Of a stretch of DNA of 64,000 nucleotides, positions 52,456-63,049 are shown piece after piece (positions within the stretch are counted from its first letter, which is position 1; every line of letters begins with the position of its first letter). Below the pieces are notes generated by a model that saw nothing but the letters and a program-made list of their open reading frames with translations, did no database searches and had not been told where the DNA came from. This DNA is from an uncultured Gemmatimonadales bacterium. GTDB lineage: Bacteria; Gemmatimonadota; Gemmatimonadetes; Gemmatimonadales; Gemmatimonadaceae. Where the stretch lies: contig OY969695.1 in assembly GCA_963701965.1 (NCBI GenBank), positions 1,120,001-1,184,000 on the forward strand. Reading direction: 5' to 3'. Position numbers and translations under genes: made by a program.

Positions 52456-53694
52456 ATGCATTGGGACTCCGGCAACATCGCGTTCATGCTCGTCTCGACG
52501 AGCCTCGTCATGCTCATGACACCCGGGCTCGCGTTCTTTTACGGCGGGCTCGTGGGACGAAAGAACGTTCTGGCCATCATGATCCAGAGCTTCGTCTCGA
52601 TGGGTGTCACGACCGTGCTCTGGGTCGTCTGCGGCTATTCGATGTCGTTCAGCGGGAGTTATCACAACGCCGCGAACCCCGACATCTTCGGTGTCATCGG
52701 CAACTTCCACATGGCGTTCTTGCAACACGTCGACCCGAGCACGCCGTTTCCGGGTTCGCCGACGATTCCGCTCATCGTGTTCGTCGCCTACCAGATGATG
52801 TTCGCGCAGATCACGCCGGCGCTCATCACCGGAGCGTTCGCCAACCGGGTCACGTTCAAAGCGTATTTGATTTTCCTCGTTCTGTGGCTGCTGTGCGTGT
52901 ATTTCCCGTTCGCGCACATGGTGTGGGGCGGCGGGATCCTGCAGAGTCATGGCGTATTGGATTTCGCCGGCGGCATCGTGGTGCACACGACCGCGGGCTT
53001 CGCCGCGCTGGCAGCCGTGTTTTACGTGGGAAAGCGCCGTGTTGCCGACGCCGGCCTGCATAGCATTCCGCTCGTCGCCCTCGGCACGGGACTCCTGTGG
53101 TTCGGCTGGTATGGGTTCAACGCCGGGAGCGAGCTCAAGGTCGACACCGTGACATCGTTGGCATTCCTCAACACCGACGTCGCGGCGTCGTTCGCGGCGA
53201 TGACGTGGTTGGTACTGGCATGGATCTACGAGAAGAAGCCGAAATTCGTCGGACTGCTGACCGGGTCGATCGCCGGGCTTGCCGCGGTCACGCCCGCCGC
53301 CGGCTACGTCACCACTGGCACCGCGATCCTCATTGGTGTCGTCGCCAGCGTCGTGTGCTATTACGCCATCACGTTGAAGAACAAGCGCCAGTGGGACGAT
53401 GCGCTCAATGTGTGGGGCGTGCACGGCGTCGGCGGCGCACTCGGCGTGATCATGCTCGGCATCTTCGCATATAAAGCGGTCAACCCCGATGGCGGCGCCG
53501 ACGGACTGCTACACGGCAACCCGACCTTCTTTTTCAAGCAGGTCGGGGCGACCGTCGGTGCCGCGCTCTATGCGTTCGTGTTCACGTACGCGATGCTCGG
53601 GGTGATCAACCAGATCACGCCGGTCAAGGTGTCGCCCGCCGACGAAGAGCTGGGACTGGATGAGACGCTGCACGGCGAGCGGGCGTACCTGTAG
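52456..53694 (+). CDS. amt: Ammonium transporter (Amt family)
   Basis: MTPGLAFFYGG; DFAGGIVVH; LLWFGWYGFN; DDALNVWGVHG; GLD.TLHGE.AY; twin His intact. Confidence 0.96.
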   Translation: MHWDSGNIAFMLVSTSLVMLMTPGLAFFYGGLVGRKNVLAIMIQSFVSMGVTTVLWVVCGYSMSFSGSYHNAANPDIFGVIGNFHMAFLQHVDPSTPFPGSPTIPLIVFVAYQMMFAQITPALITGAFANRVTFKAYLIFLVLWLLCVYFPFAHMVWGGGILQSHGVLDFAGGIVVHTTAGFAALAAVFYVGKRRVADAGLHSIPLVALGTGLLWFGWYGFNAGSELKVDTVTSLAFLNTDVAASFAAMTWLVLAWIYEKKPKFVGLLTGSIAGLAAVTPAAGYVTTGTAILIGVVASVVCYYAITLKNKRQWDDALNVWGVHGVGGALGVIMLGIFAYKAVNPDGGADGLLHGNPTFFFKQVGATVGAALYAFVFTYAMLGVINQITPVKVSPADEELGLDETLHGERAYL

Positions 53695-53740
53695 TCGCGT
53701 CGGCCCACACCGGCTGCGGCCTCGGCTCGGCAGGGGCCCC

Positions 53741-54434
53741 GCCGCCAAGGCGCACCGCTTTCAGGATGCGGTCGCTCAGGTGGCGACGAACGCGCACCGC
53801 GTCGTGGTCCGTGCCGATCCTGGTGTCGAGTCACAGTGGACACGACGATCAGATCCGCTGGCTCGCGGGGGCGCTCGACACGCTGGACGGCGAGATGCGC
53901 CACCATCTCACCATGGCCGGCATCACGCGGCCCACGACGACCGTGCCGCTGGTCGTCACGCCGGCCATGGACGACGCACCCGAAATGGCGCACGTGCTCG
54001 CCCGGCGCACCCGCGCGTTGTCCGATGGCTCGGGGCACCAGGCGATTTTTCTCGTCGGGCACGGTCCGAACTCGGAGGCGGACTATGCGGCGTGGATGGA
54101 GAACTTCCGCGTGATCGCGGATTCCGTGCGCCGTTTGACCGGCGCACCCAGCGTCCTGGCCGACGTCGTCCGCGACGACGCCGACGCCCCCGTGCGCGCC
54201 GAGGCGGTCCGGCGCATCCGCAATGTGATCGGGCTCCAGGCGCAGGTGACCGGCAAACCCGTGATCGTCGTGCCGATCCTCGTCGCGCACGGGGCGATCG
54301 GCGACGACAAATTCCGGCACGATCTCGCCGGCCTCTCGATCACGTACTCGGCCGAGCCCTTGCTCCCCGACGCCGAGATGGCCCGGTGGGTCGAGCGCCG
54401 CGTCCGGGAAGCGTCTCGCGCCGGAGTCGACTAG
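53741..54434 (+). pseudogene. CbiX/SirB-like chelatase-fold protein, N-truncated and frameshifted (~53810)
   Basis: FQDAV...RVVV / VPILVSSHSGH; LVGHGPN; VRDDA; VIVVPILV; no start or signal region found. Confidence 0.6.
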
Positions 54435-54547
54435 GACGGTCTCCGCAATCGAAGCAGGTGGAGGCCAGTACGGCGTTGATCGCGTGGAATACCGAGTCAC
54501 GCCGGGCGCGGCCAATTGCCGGGCGCTGTGACGTTGCATATCTTTCA

Positions 54548-54564
54548 ATAAGAATATTTCTTAT
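54548..54564. promoter_or_regulatory. Inverted repeat ATAAGAA-TAT-TTCTTAT; likely operator of the RHH antitoxin
   Basis: AT-rich palindrome 14 nt upstream of the RHH start. Confidence 0.65.
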
Positions 54565-54577
54565 CGATGGATTGCCG

Positions 54578-54811
54578 ATGCCACGCGCCACCGCGACCAA
54601 GACGATCACGATCTCACTCCCCGCGCCGATGGGCCGCGAGATCCAGCGCGTTGCCGCCGCCGAGGGCCGTACCGTTAGTGAGCTATTGCGGGAGACCTTC
54701 CGTCAGTACCAGGCGCGCCGGCGTTTTCAGCGCCTCGCCGAGCAAGGACAGCGGACCGCCCGTCGCCTCAAACTGACCCCGGAGGACTTAGGCGGCCCGT
54801 TTGCCAAGTGA
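54578..54811 (+). CDS. CopG/ribbon-helix-helix antitoxin
   Basis: TKTITISLP..MGREIQRVAAAEGRTVSELLRE; C-terminal part of ORF 53660-54811. Confidence 0.85.
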   Translation: MPRATATKTITISLPAPMGREIQRVAAAEGRTVSELLRETFRQYQARRRFQRLAEQGQRTARRLKLTPEDLGGPFAK

Positions 54812-55222
54812 TCATCCTGGTGCGCCGATTGCCGGCGTCGACGCGAATGTCTTTCTTTCCGCACTCGCGTTCGACGATCTCCCGGAACGGGTGGTAGACC
54901 GGCTCCTCGCCGGAGAATTCGCTCACGTCACGGGCGAGAACATTCTCGCGGAGGTCCGGCGTAACGCGATCGGCAAGCTCAAACTGCCCGCGGCACGCGT
55001 GGATGCGACCCTCGACGATATTCGCTCCGCGTCCTCGGTATATGTGCCAAGCGGCCAGATGACATACATCCCGCACGCGAAGGACAACGCCGTGCTCGAG
55101 ATCGCGTTCGCGGGTTCTTGCACGGTACGCGTCACCGGCGATCTAAGCATCTCTTGCCACTGTCGCCATTTCGTGGGCTGGTCATCGAGCCGCCGTCGGC
55201 GTTTCTCGAACGACTACGTTAG
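54801..55222 (+). CDS. PIN-domain toxin; apparent single-base deletion at ~55145
   Basis: VDANVFLSAL, ILAEV, KDNAVLE.A, VTGD; shifted frame continues KHLLPLSPFRGLVIEPPSAFLERLR*. Confidence 0.85.
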
Positions 55223-55231
55223 CCGCGGATC

Positions 55232-55373
55232 CTCGCGAGACGCCGCACGACATCGTGCGGTGTATCAGATCGCGTCGCGGTTCAGCCTGGAGTACGCGCG
55301 CATGTTCGGTGACGCGCCGTCGCGGCACGCCGCCAAGGTTCGCCGTACCGTCGCTCTTGCGTTTGACACCTAA
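55232..55373 (+). pseudogene. Remnant of the C-terminal HTH of an AraC-family regulator
   Basis: VYQIASRFSLEYARMFGDAPSRHA resembles the GYxSxSQFSREYxRxFGxxP tail. Confidence 0.55.
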
Positions 55374-55375
55374 TC

Positions 55376-58004
55376 CTACTCCGTGCGCAGCGCTCGAATC
55401 GGATCGATTCGGCTCGCGTGATAGGCGGGAAGGAACGCCGCGATCAGAGCCACCGCGAGTAGCACCGCGCAGGCGCCGAGCAGGGCGATGGGATCCGTGG
55501 GGCTGATCTCGAACAGCAGCGACGCCGCGAGACGGGAGACGACCAGGGCGCCGGCGATGCCGACCGTCGCGCCGACCACGGAGACGGCCATGGCGCGACG
55601 CAGCACCTCGCCGCGCACCTGCGACGGCGTCGCGCCCAGCGCCATCCGCACGCCAATGTCCCGCGTCTGCTCGCGCACCGTCGCGGCCATCATGCCGTAC
55701 AGGCCGATCGCCGCAACGACCAGCGCCACGAGGCCGAACGTCGAAAGGAGCAGCGCGCTCATGCGCGGTTGGGCGAGCGGTGTCGCGAGATAGTCGTCCA
55801 CCGTCAGCGACTTCCAGACCGCGACGTCGGGAGCGATCTCACCGAGATCACGTCGGATCGCGGGCAGCAGCGCCCGCAGGCTGCTCGTGGTCCGGATCGC
55901 GATGAACCCGTGCCAGACGGACTGGCGATACGGCAGGTAGACCATCGGCGTCGTCTCGCGCAGCGAGCGCCAATGGGTCTCACCAACGACGCCGACCACC
56001 GTCCGCCAATCCTTCTCCCCCGCATCATCCGACCTGCGGATACGCTGGCCGATCGGGTCCTGGCCCGGCCAGTATCGGCGCGCGACCGTCGCGCTGACAA
56101 TGGCGACTGGCTCGCCGTGCTCGCGGTCGGCGTCCCGGAATGCCCGTCCACGCAAGAGCGGGACACCGAGCGCGCGGAAGTAGTCGGGACCCACCGCATC
56201 GTACTCGATCAAGGGACGGCGCGCAATGTCTTGTGGGGACTCTCCGTCGGTTTGCCACACGCCACTGAAGAAGCTCGGTCCGATCATGGGATCGATGATC
56301 GTCGGCGCCAACGCCGTCACGCCAGGCATCGCCGCAATCCGCGGCGCGATTCTGTCCCATATCGCGTACGGGTGCTCGCCGTAGCCGCTCCGGGATGGAC
56401 AGGGCGAGCACGGAGAGGTGGTCGGACCGAAACCCGAGATCGATCGATTGGAGGCGTTGGACGCTGCGCGTGAGCAAGGCGGCACCCGCGAGGAGAATGA
56501 GCGCCAGCGCGACCTGTGAGCCCACGAGCGCGTGCCGCAGGCTCCTCCGCTGCCGCGTCGACGTCCCCGACCGCGTGTCGAGCCGAAGCGGCGAGGCTGG
56601 ATTGCGGCGCACGGCCACGAGCGCCGGCACCACTCCGAATACAAGAGTGGCGAACAGCGCCATCGCCGCAGCGGCCGCGACCGGCGCGCCGGCGACGCGG
56701 ATTTCGTCGACGCGCGGCAGTTGCGCCGGGGCCGCGGCGATGAGCGCGCGTCGGGCAATCTCGCCCGTGACGAGTCCAAGCCCTCCGCCGGCCACAGCCA
56801 ACAGCGCGCTCTCGACGAAGAGCTGCCGCACGATGTCTCCGTGCGTCACGCCCAGTGCCCGGCGCAAGGCGAGCTCGCGCACCCGGCCCGTCGCACGGTG
56901 GAGGAGGAGGTTGCCAACGTTGATGCAGACGATGAGCAGCAAGAGTCCCACGGCGGCCAGCAGCATCACGAGTACGGGACGCACGTTGCCGACCACTGCC
57001 TCGGTGAAGAGTCGGGCGTCGGCCCCGCCAATGATCGGCGCGGCGCTCTCGTTGCGATCAAATCGCTTGATGATGTCGAGAGATTCCTCGCGCGCCATCG
57101 CCGGTGTGGCGTTCGGCGCCAACCGGGCGACGAGATCCAGCGCCTGGTCGGGATACGGGATCGCCTCCCAGTACTCCGTGCCCGCCGGAAAATCGATGCC
57201 CGGCGGCGCGACACCGACGACCGTATACGTCGCGTTGAGCAAGGGTTGCCGGAGGTGGTGGCCCACGATGCCCGGATCGCCACCGAAATGGCGTTGCCAA
57301 GCGTCGTAGCTCAAGACGATGACGCGCGACAGACTGTCATCGTTCGGCCCCACCAAACGGCCCATCAGAGGACGGACGCCGAGCACGTCGAAGAACTGCC
57401 CTTCGACCTGTGTCCCGGCCAGCGTGAGCGGTTGGTCCCCGTCCATCAGAGGAAACGGGTAGGCGCCGCCGTGCATGTAGCCCGCAATGAGGCGCATCGT
57501 GCGACTCTCGTGGCGCAACTGGGCGACATCGTGCTCATCGAGCGCGAGAACGGTACCGGTTTGATCGAGGAGGCGTGGGACGACGATGCGGGCGGCGTCC
57601 TGCACCGGGACGCGGCGCAGGAGCACGGCGTTGAACACCGTCCACGTCGCGACCGCCATGCCGATGCCGAGGCCCAAGATCAGGACCGCCGTGACCGTGA
57701 ACGTCGGACTGTGCCGGAATCCGCGGAGGGCGACCCGAACGTCACGGGCCAGTCGATCCATCAGCTCGTGCCTCGTCCTCCGGCGCTCGCGCGCCGCGTC
57801 GTGGGTGCGGAGCGCAAGGCGAATCTGCTCGATGTCCCCCAATCGCTCGCGGGCCACGCGCTTGGCCTCGGCGTGGGTGAGCCCGCGGGCCTCGTAGTCC
57901 CGGATCCGCATCTCGAGGTGGAACCGCAATTCGTCGTCGACGTCCTTGTCGACGTTGGGTCCCCAGAACCGGAGATACCGCCGCAACCTGTCGACAGGCC
58001 TCAC
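55376..58004 (-). CDS. ADOP-type duplicated ABC permease; frameshift at ~56390
   Basis: DVDDELRFHLEMR prefix domain; LLLIVCINVGNLLL; QTRDIGVRMALGA; ASRIDPIRALRTE; GTG start overlaps the PadR stop. Confidence 0.9.
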
Positions 58005-58345
58005 GCCAGGGCCGGGGCTGCCCGAAGGACTTGCGTCACGGCGTTGGTATAGCGCAACCACAGGAGCACCTCGTCCTTGAGATGCTTGCGTCCGTCTGGC
58101 GTGATCGTATAGTAGCGCGCTTGGCGATTATTCTCGGAGAGGCCCCATTCCGACCGTACCCACCCTTTGTCCTCCAGCCGCCGCAGCGCCGGGTACAGCG
58201 AGCCCTCTTCGATGCGCAGCGCATCGTCGGCGGTGTCCTCGATCCATCGCGCAATGCCATAGCCGTGGGTGGGGCCCGCCAGCAGGGCCTTGAGAATGAG
58301 AATGCCGAGTGTTCCCTGCAACAACTCCGCTGGCCGACCGGGCAT
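58001..58345 (-). CDS. padR: PadR-family transcriptional regulator (acidobacterial type)
   Basis: LLQGTL..LILKAL..GPTHGYGI...EEGSLYPALRRLE..GW...WGLSENNRQARYY. Confidence 0.95.
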   Translation of the reverse strand: MPGRPAELLQGTLGILILKALLAGPTHGYGIARWIEDTADDALRIEEGSLYPALRRLEDKGWVRSEWGLSENNRQARYYTITPDGRKHLKDEVLLWLRYTNAVTQVLRAAPALA

Positions 58346-58444
58346 GGCCTGACTCTCCCCTGTCACGTCTATGGGAAGATAGCGCCGGGTTGCCCAATCG
58401 ACTAGTAGCGTCGGCGGCGTCCACAGTGACAATTTGCTGGCCTT

Positions 58445-58864
58445 CTAACGACCCACCGTGTGGGTCCGAATCCAGGCGGCGAGCGCCTCCTCATCAGTAA
58501 CGCTGGTTGCGACATCGAGCATGAGCGCGACGACGTCGCGCTCGTCAGCGACGAGGCGCAACCCGTTCAGCCCAAGAAATACGTACAGCACCTGGAACGC
58601 GGTGCGCTTATTTCCGTCGACGAACGCGTGATTCTTCGCGATGCCGACGGCATACGCGGCCGCGCAGGCCGGCACGTCGGCCGCCTCGTCATAGGTCCGC
58701 CGTTGTACCGGCCGGTGCAACGCCGACTCCAGCAGGCCTTCGTCTCGTAGGCCGAACGATCCACCGTACGTGCGGACGAGATCCGCATGGATCGCATCGA
58801 TGACGCGTCGCGGCACCCAGCGCGGCTCCGGCCGGCCAGTCGGTGCCTTGGGGGGCCGTGGCAC
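58445..58864 (-). CDS. doc: Doc (death-on-curing) Fic-family toxin
   Basis: GLRDEGLLESAL.RP; NHAFVDGNKRTA. Confidence 0.95.
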   Translation of the reverse strand: MPRPPKAPTGRPEPRWVPRRVIDAIHADLVRTYGGSFGLRDEGLLESALHRPVQRRTYDEAADVPACAAAYAVGIAKNHAFVDGNKRTAFQVLYVFLGLNGLRLVADERDVVALMLDVATSVTDEEALAAWIRTHTVGR

Positions 58865-58882
58865 GCGTTCTCGCGCCGTCGG

Positions 58883-59113
58883 CTACTGGTCTGCCAACGC
58901 GCGCATCGCGTTGCGGTACGCCCGCGCCCCTTCCTCGTATATCGCCATTGCCTCGGCGAACGTCGGGTCGAAGGGCGTCAGCAATACACCACCCTCGACT
59001 TCGACGAGGTATAGCGTATCTCCCTCCGCGACATGTAACCGATCCAGCATTGGCTTCGGGATCGTCGCGCCGGCCGAGTTACCGATCGCGCGCAATACCG
59101 TCTCTTTCACCAT
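58883..59113 (-). CDS. AbrB/MazE-type antitoxin
   Basis: LRAIGNSAGATIPK.ML..L....GD.L; LTPFDP; YRNAMRALA. Confidence 0.93.
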   Translation of the reverse strand: MVKETVLRAIGNSAGATIPKPMLDRLHVAEGDTLYLVEVEGGVLLTPFDPTFAEAMAIYEEGARAYRNAMRALADQ

Positions 59114-59133
59114 TCAACGCTCCAATGGACGCG

Positions 59134-59154
59134 GTTATAACTAATGTAATAACA
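59134..59154. promoter_or_regulatory. Tandem palindromes GTTATAAC and TGTAATAACA; likely antitoxin operator overlapping a -10 (TATAAC, minus strand)
   Basis: AT-rich island about 20 nt upstream of the antitoxin start. Confidence 0.6.
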
Positions 59155-59253
59155 TCCCGTGCCGGACGCAAGGGCCAGACGCAGCGCTCTCTCCGGATCA
59201 GAAGGACATGTTTGCCCACGCCAATTGGGAGCGGCTCACCGGAGCAGCCCGAC

Positions 59254-60177
59254 TTACCGCATCAGCCGCAGTGCGATCGTCCCACTGACGGTTTCCGCGC
59301 CGGTCGCACCGTGCGCAATGATCATGCGTGCTCCGCTCCCGGTGAGACAGTACTTCGCATATTCGCCGTCTTCGATCCGCCGGAGCCTGATGCCGTTGCC
59401 AGCGGTGCATGAGCCGTCGCCGCGCAGCTCGATCGTCGGCGGAGCGGCGTCGCGGTCGCTCGGCAGGTACGTGACCCAGAAGGCGGCCTTTGGCACCGGG
59501 ACATCGATGGTGTCGCCGCGCGCGAGCCTCACGCGCATCGCGAGGCCCTCGTCCCTCGAAGGATTGTCGACGAAGGATTGCACTGGCCGATACACCATGA
59601 TCGGGATCCGTACGGTTGCGTCGCCGATCTCGATGTCCGCGACCGTCGAGCCGGATCGCTTCGGACGCACGGTCGTGCCCTCGGCGGCGACGATCGTGGC
59701 GTTCTCCACGGTGATGGCGCCGCGCAGCTCCGTGACCACCCCACCGTCCGGTCCGCGCGCCGTGAACGAGAGATCGCGCGTGCTGTCACCCACGACGAGA
59801 TCGAGCCAGGAGGAGCACTCGATCCATGTCACCGGGCGACAGCGCAGAACGAACTCCTTCGTCATGGTTGTGAACACCGCCCGCACGACAGCGTCGCGGC
59901 GTTTCTCACACCGCACCTCCCCACTCGAGGACAGGCCGACGGAGTCTCCGCCGATCCGTTGAAACTGCACGGCGGTGTCGGCGCGGAGCAGCCGGCCGTA
60001 TTGATCCCACACCGACACCTTGAGTTTCGTCAGATGTGTTCGGTTGATGACCACGGTGTCGTCGCCGACGCGCCCCGTCACCGTCAGTCGGACTGGTCGT
60101 GGTCTGAGCACGGTCAGTGCCCCGACGATGCTGATGGCCCCAACGGCGATCAGAGAGACAACGGTGTGCTGCTTCAT
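59254..60177 (-). CDS. Hypothetical membrane-anchored beta-rich (Ig-like) protein
   Basis: N-terminal TM; V.DQYGRLL and FTARGPDG strands; paired Cys. Confidence 0.65.
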   Translation of the reverse strand: MKQHTVVSLIAVGAISIVGALTVLRPRPVRLTVTGRVGDDTVVINRTHLTKLKVSVWDQYGRLLRADTAVQFQRIGGDSVGLSSSGEVRCEKRRDAVVRAVFTTMTKEFVLRCRPVTWIECSSWLDLVVGDSTRDLSFTARGPDGGVVTELRGAITVENATIVAAEGTTVRPKRSGSTVADIEIGDATVRIPIMVYRPVQSFVDNPSRDEGLAMRVRLARGDTIDVPVPKAAFWVTYLPSDRDAAPPTIELRGDGSCTAGNGIRLRRIEDGEYAKYCLTGSGARMIIAHGATGAETVSGTIALRLMR

Positions 60178-60325
60178 GGCTGCGAATCGCACTCGGATTC
60201 CGGGAGGATCATCGCGCCCCAAGTCCATTCTGACGCTGAGACGCCGCCGTCGTATGCTCTCCACTAACCTGGTAGACTATGTCCCGCGACGCAAATGGTC
60301 TGCTCCGCGCTGTCCTCGCACCGGC

Positions 60326-63029
60326 ATGATGCGCCGCCATTGGTCGACGCTACCGCCCGGCGTCCGCCGCCTTTTTCGCCTCCCGCCGACGCGCGAGCGC
60401 CTCATGCGCGACCTCGACGACGAGGTACGCTTGCACATCGACCTCCGCGTCGCCGAGCTACGGGCGCTTGGCTTGAGCGACGACGAGGCTCGCGCCGAAG
60501 CGCTGCGACGTTTCGGCGATCCGGATGAATTCCGTGACTACTCCGATCGCCGCGCCACCAGGAACGCGCGACGCGCCGGACGGCGCGCGTCGCTGAGCGC
60601 CTGGTGGCAAGACATTCGCTTCGCCGACCGCCAGTTCCGCCGCGCGCCGGCCTTCACCGCGCTGGCCATCCTCACGCTCGCGTTGGGCATTGGGGCGAAC
60701 GCCGCGCTGTTCAGTGTCGTTCATCACGTGCTGCTCGCGCCGTTGCCGTATCCCGATGGCAACCGCATCGTCATGCTTGGCACGGTAGGCGGCGCACGCT
60801 TTCCCAGCGTCGCCGCCTTGCGAGCGATCCGGGCCCGCTCCCGCTCGGTCGAGACGGTGGCCGCTGTCAGCGTGGTGGCCATGGCGGTGCAGGAGGACGA
60901 CGGCCAGGACACCGTCTACGCCTATATCACGCCCAACTATCTCGCGATGCTCGGCGTCGCGCCGGCGCTCGGTCGCTCGTTCACGCCCGCCGAGGGGCGC
61001 GGCGAAGGCGCGTCCGTGGCGATGATCAGCTACTCGCGGTGGCAGCACCAGTTCGGAGGCCGCGCGGATGCTGTCGGCTCGACGGTTGAAATCAACTACG
61101 ACGGACGTGACGGTTCCGAGCGCCGGCGATATACGATCGTTGGCGTCACGCCGCCCTCGATGGCGCTTCCCATGTCGGCCGGGTCGTTCAATCACAACCT
61201 GCACGAAGCCAAGCCCGGCGTGTGGCTGCCGAGCGATCTGCCCGGATGGGCCGATACGGAGCGTCCCAACTCGTACGCCCGACTGCGCGCGGGCGTGAGC
61301 GTGGAGCAGGCGACGCGGGAGCTTCAAAGCATTGTCGACTCATCGCCGGAGATTGGGGAGCGGCGTTCGACCATCACGCTGATGCGCGCGCAAGACCTGC
61401 TCGATCCGACTCAGACGCGCATGATTGAAGTCTTGTTCGCGGCGGTCGGCGTGCTGTTGCTCATCTCGTGCGCGAACGTGGCCAACCTGCTCATGGCGCG
61501 CGCCTGGACACGCCGGCGCGAGTTTGCGGTCCGCTCGGCTCTCGGCGCCGGCCGCGCGCGTCTCGCACGGCAGGTACTGACCGAGAGCACCCTGCTGGCG
61601 CTCGCTGGCGGCCTGCTCGGCATCGTGGTCGCGTGGCTGACGCTGCGCGTCATCATCGTGCTGCGACCCCCGACCCTCGCCAATCTCGACAACGTCCATA
61701 TCGAACCGGCCGTGCTCCTCTGGAGCGCGGGGATCTCCGTCCTCACGGGCGTCCTGTTCGGGACACTGCCGGCCCTGTTCGCCGCCCGCGGCTGCCGTGG
61801 CCGACGTGCTGCACAGCGAGACGCGCGGCGGAACAGGCAGCATCGCCACGCGCCGCGTCCGTTCGGCCCTGGTCGTATTCGAGATCGCCCTGTCGCTCAT
61901 GCTGCTCGTCGGCGCCGGCTTGCTGGTGCGCTCGTTCGCCGCCATGCAGCGCGTGCCGCTCGGCTTCGAGCCCCGCGGCATGGTGTCGTTCGATGTGCTG
62001 TTCGACCCCCGCACGTCGCGGGACCTCGGCACGCGCGAGGCGCTGCGGCATCAGATCCTGGAGCGATTGCGTGCCGTGCCTGGCGTCACCGACGCCGCCA
62101 TCGGGATGATCCCGACGGCGGGCTTCGGCGGGGTCTTGACGCTCTCCACCGATCCCGACCCCAGTGGCGTGGTCCGAAGCGTTCCGGAATTCTCGATGAT
62201 CTTCGTCTCTCCGAATTACTTCCGCGTCGCGGGCATTCGCCTGAGCGAGGGGCGCGCTCCCGATTCACTCGGCGCACTGAGGGACCCCGACACCACACCA
62301 ACCGAGGTCGTGGTAAATCGCAGCTTGGCCGCGCGCTTCTGGCCGAACGGCAACGCGCTCGGTGCGCACCTGCACGAGGGGGACGATACCCACTGGAAGC
62401 GGGGCTTCGTCGTCGTGGGGATCGCCGAGGATGTGCGTGTGCCGGGTGCCAGCCGGCTGGCGAGGTCCGCGGTGCTGTACCCGCCGCCTCGCTTCGCGTC
62501 GTTCATCGTCCGCACCGCTACGCCGGACGCGGATCTCGTGCCCGCGTTGCGCAAAGCGATCTCCTCGGTCGAACCGTCGCCGTTCGTTCAGACGACGACC
62601 ATTGGCGAAACCTTCATTCGCGACAGCCTCGCGCCGACGCGATTTGCCATGGCACTGTTCGTCGCGTTCGCGGCCGTCGCGCTGGTCCTCGCGACGGTCG
62701 GCCTCTACGGCGTGATCTCGTACGGAGTCGTTCAGCGCACCAGGGAGATCGGTGTGCGCGTCGCTTTAGGGGCGGAGCCGGCGGCGGTCACGCGGCTCGT
62801 CGTCGCCAATGGCCTTCGTCTCGCGGCCGCCGGCATCGGTATCGGCGCGATCGCGGCGATGGTCGCCGGCCGCGCACTCTCAGGCATGCTCTTCGGCGTG
62901 TCGGCGGCTGACCCGGCGACGCTGTTGGCGATCACCGTCCTCGTCGCGGCGATCGCATTGTTCGCGTCCTACGTGCCGGCCCGGCGTGCGCTTCGCATCG
63001 ACCTGTCCGAGGCCCTTCGCGAGGAATGA
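60326..63029 (+). CDS. ADOP-type duplicated ABC permease; frameshift at ~61790
   Basis: [61 protein letters not shown]. Confidence 0.9.
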
Positions 63030-63049
63030 GTCCGGCGCTTAATTCGCCA

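Noticed and set aside
55146..55373. Genuine PIN-AraC fusion protein (190-aa ORF)
   Set aside because: The normal PIN C-terminus is present in the shifted frame, so the fusion results from the indel
54434..59160. Integron cassette array around the TA modules
   Set aside because: No paired RYYYAAC/GTTRRRY attC sites, no intI, and mixed gene orientation
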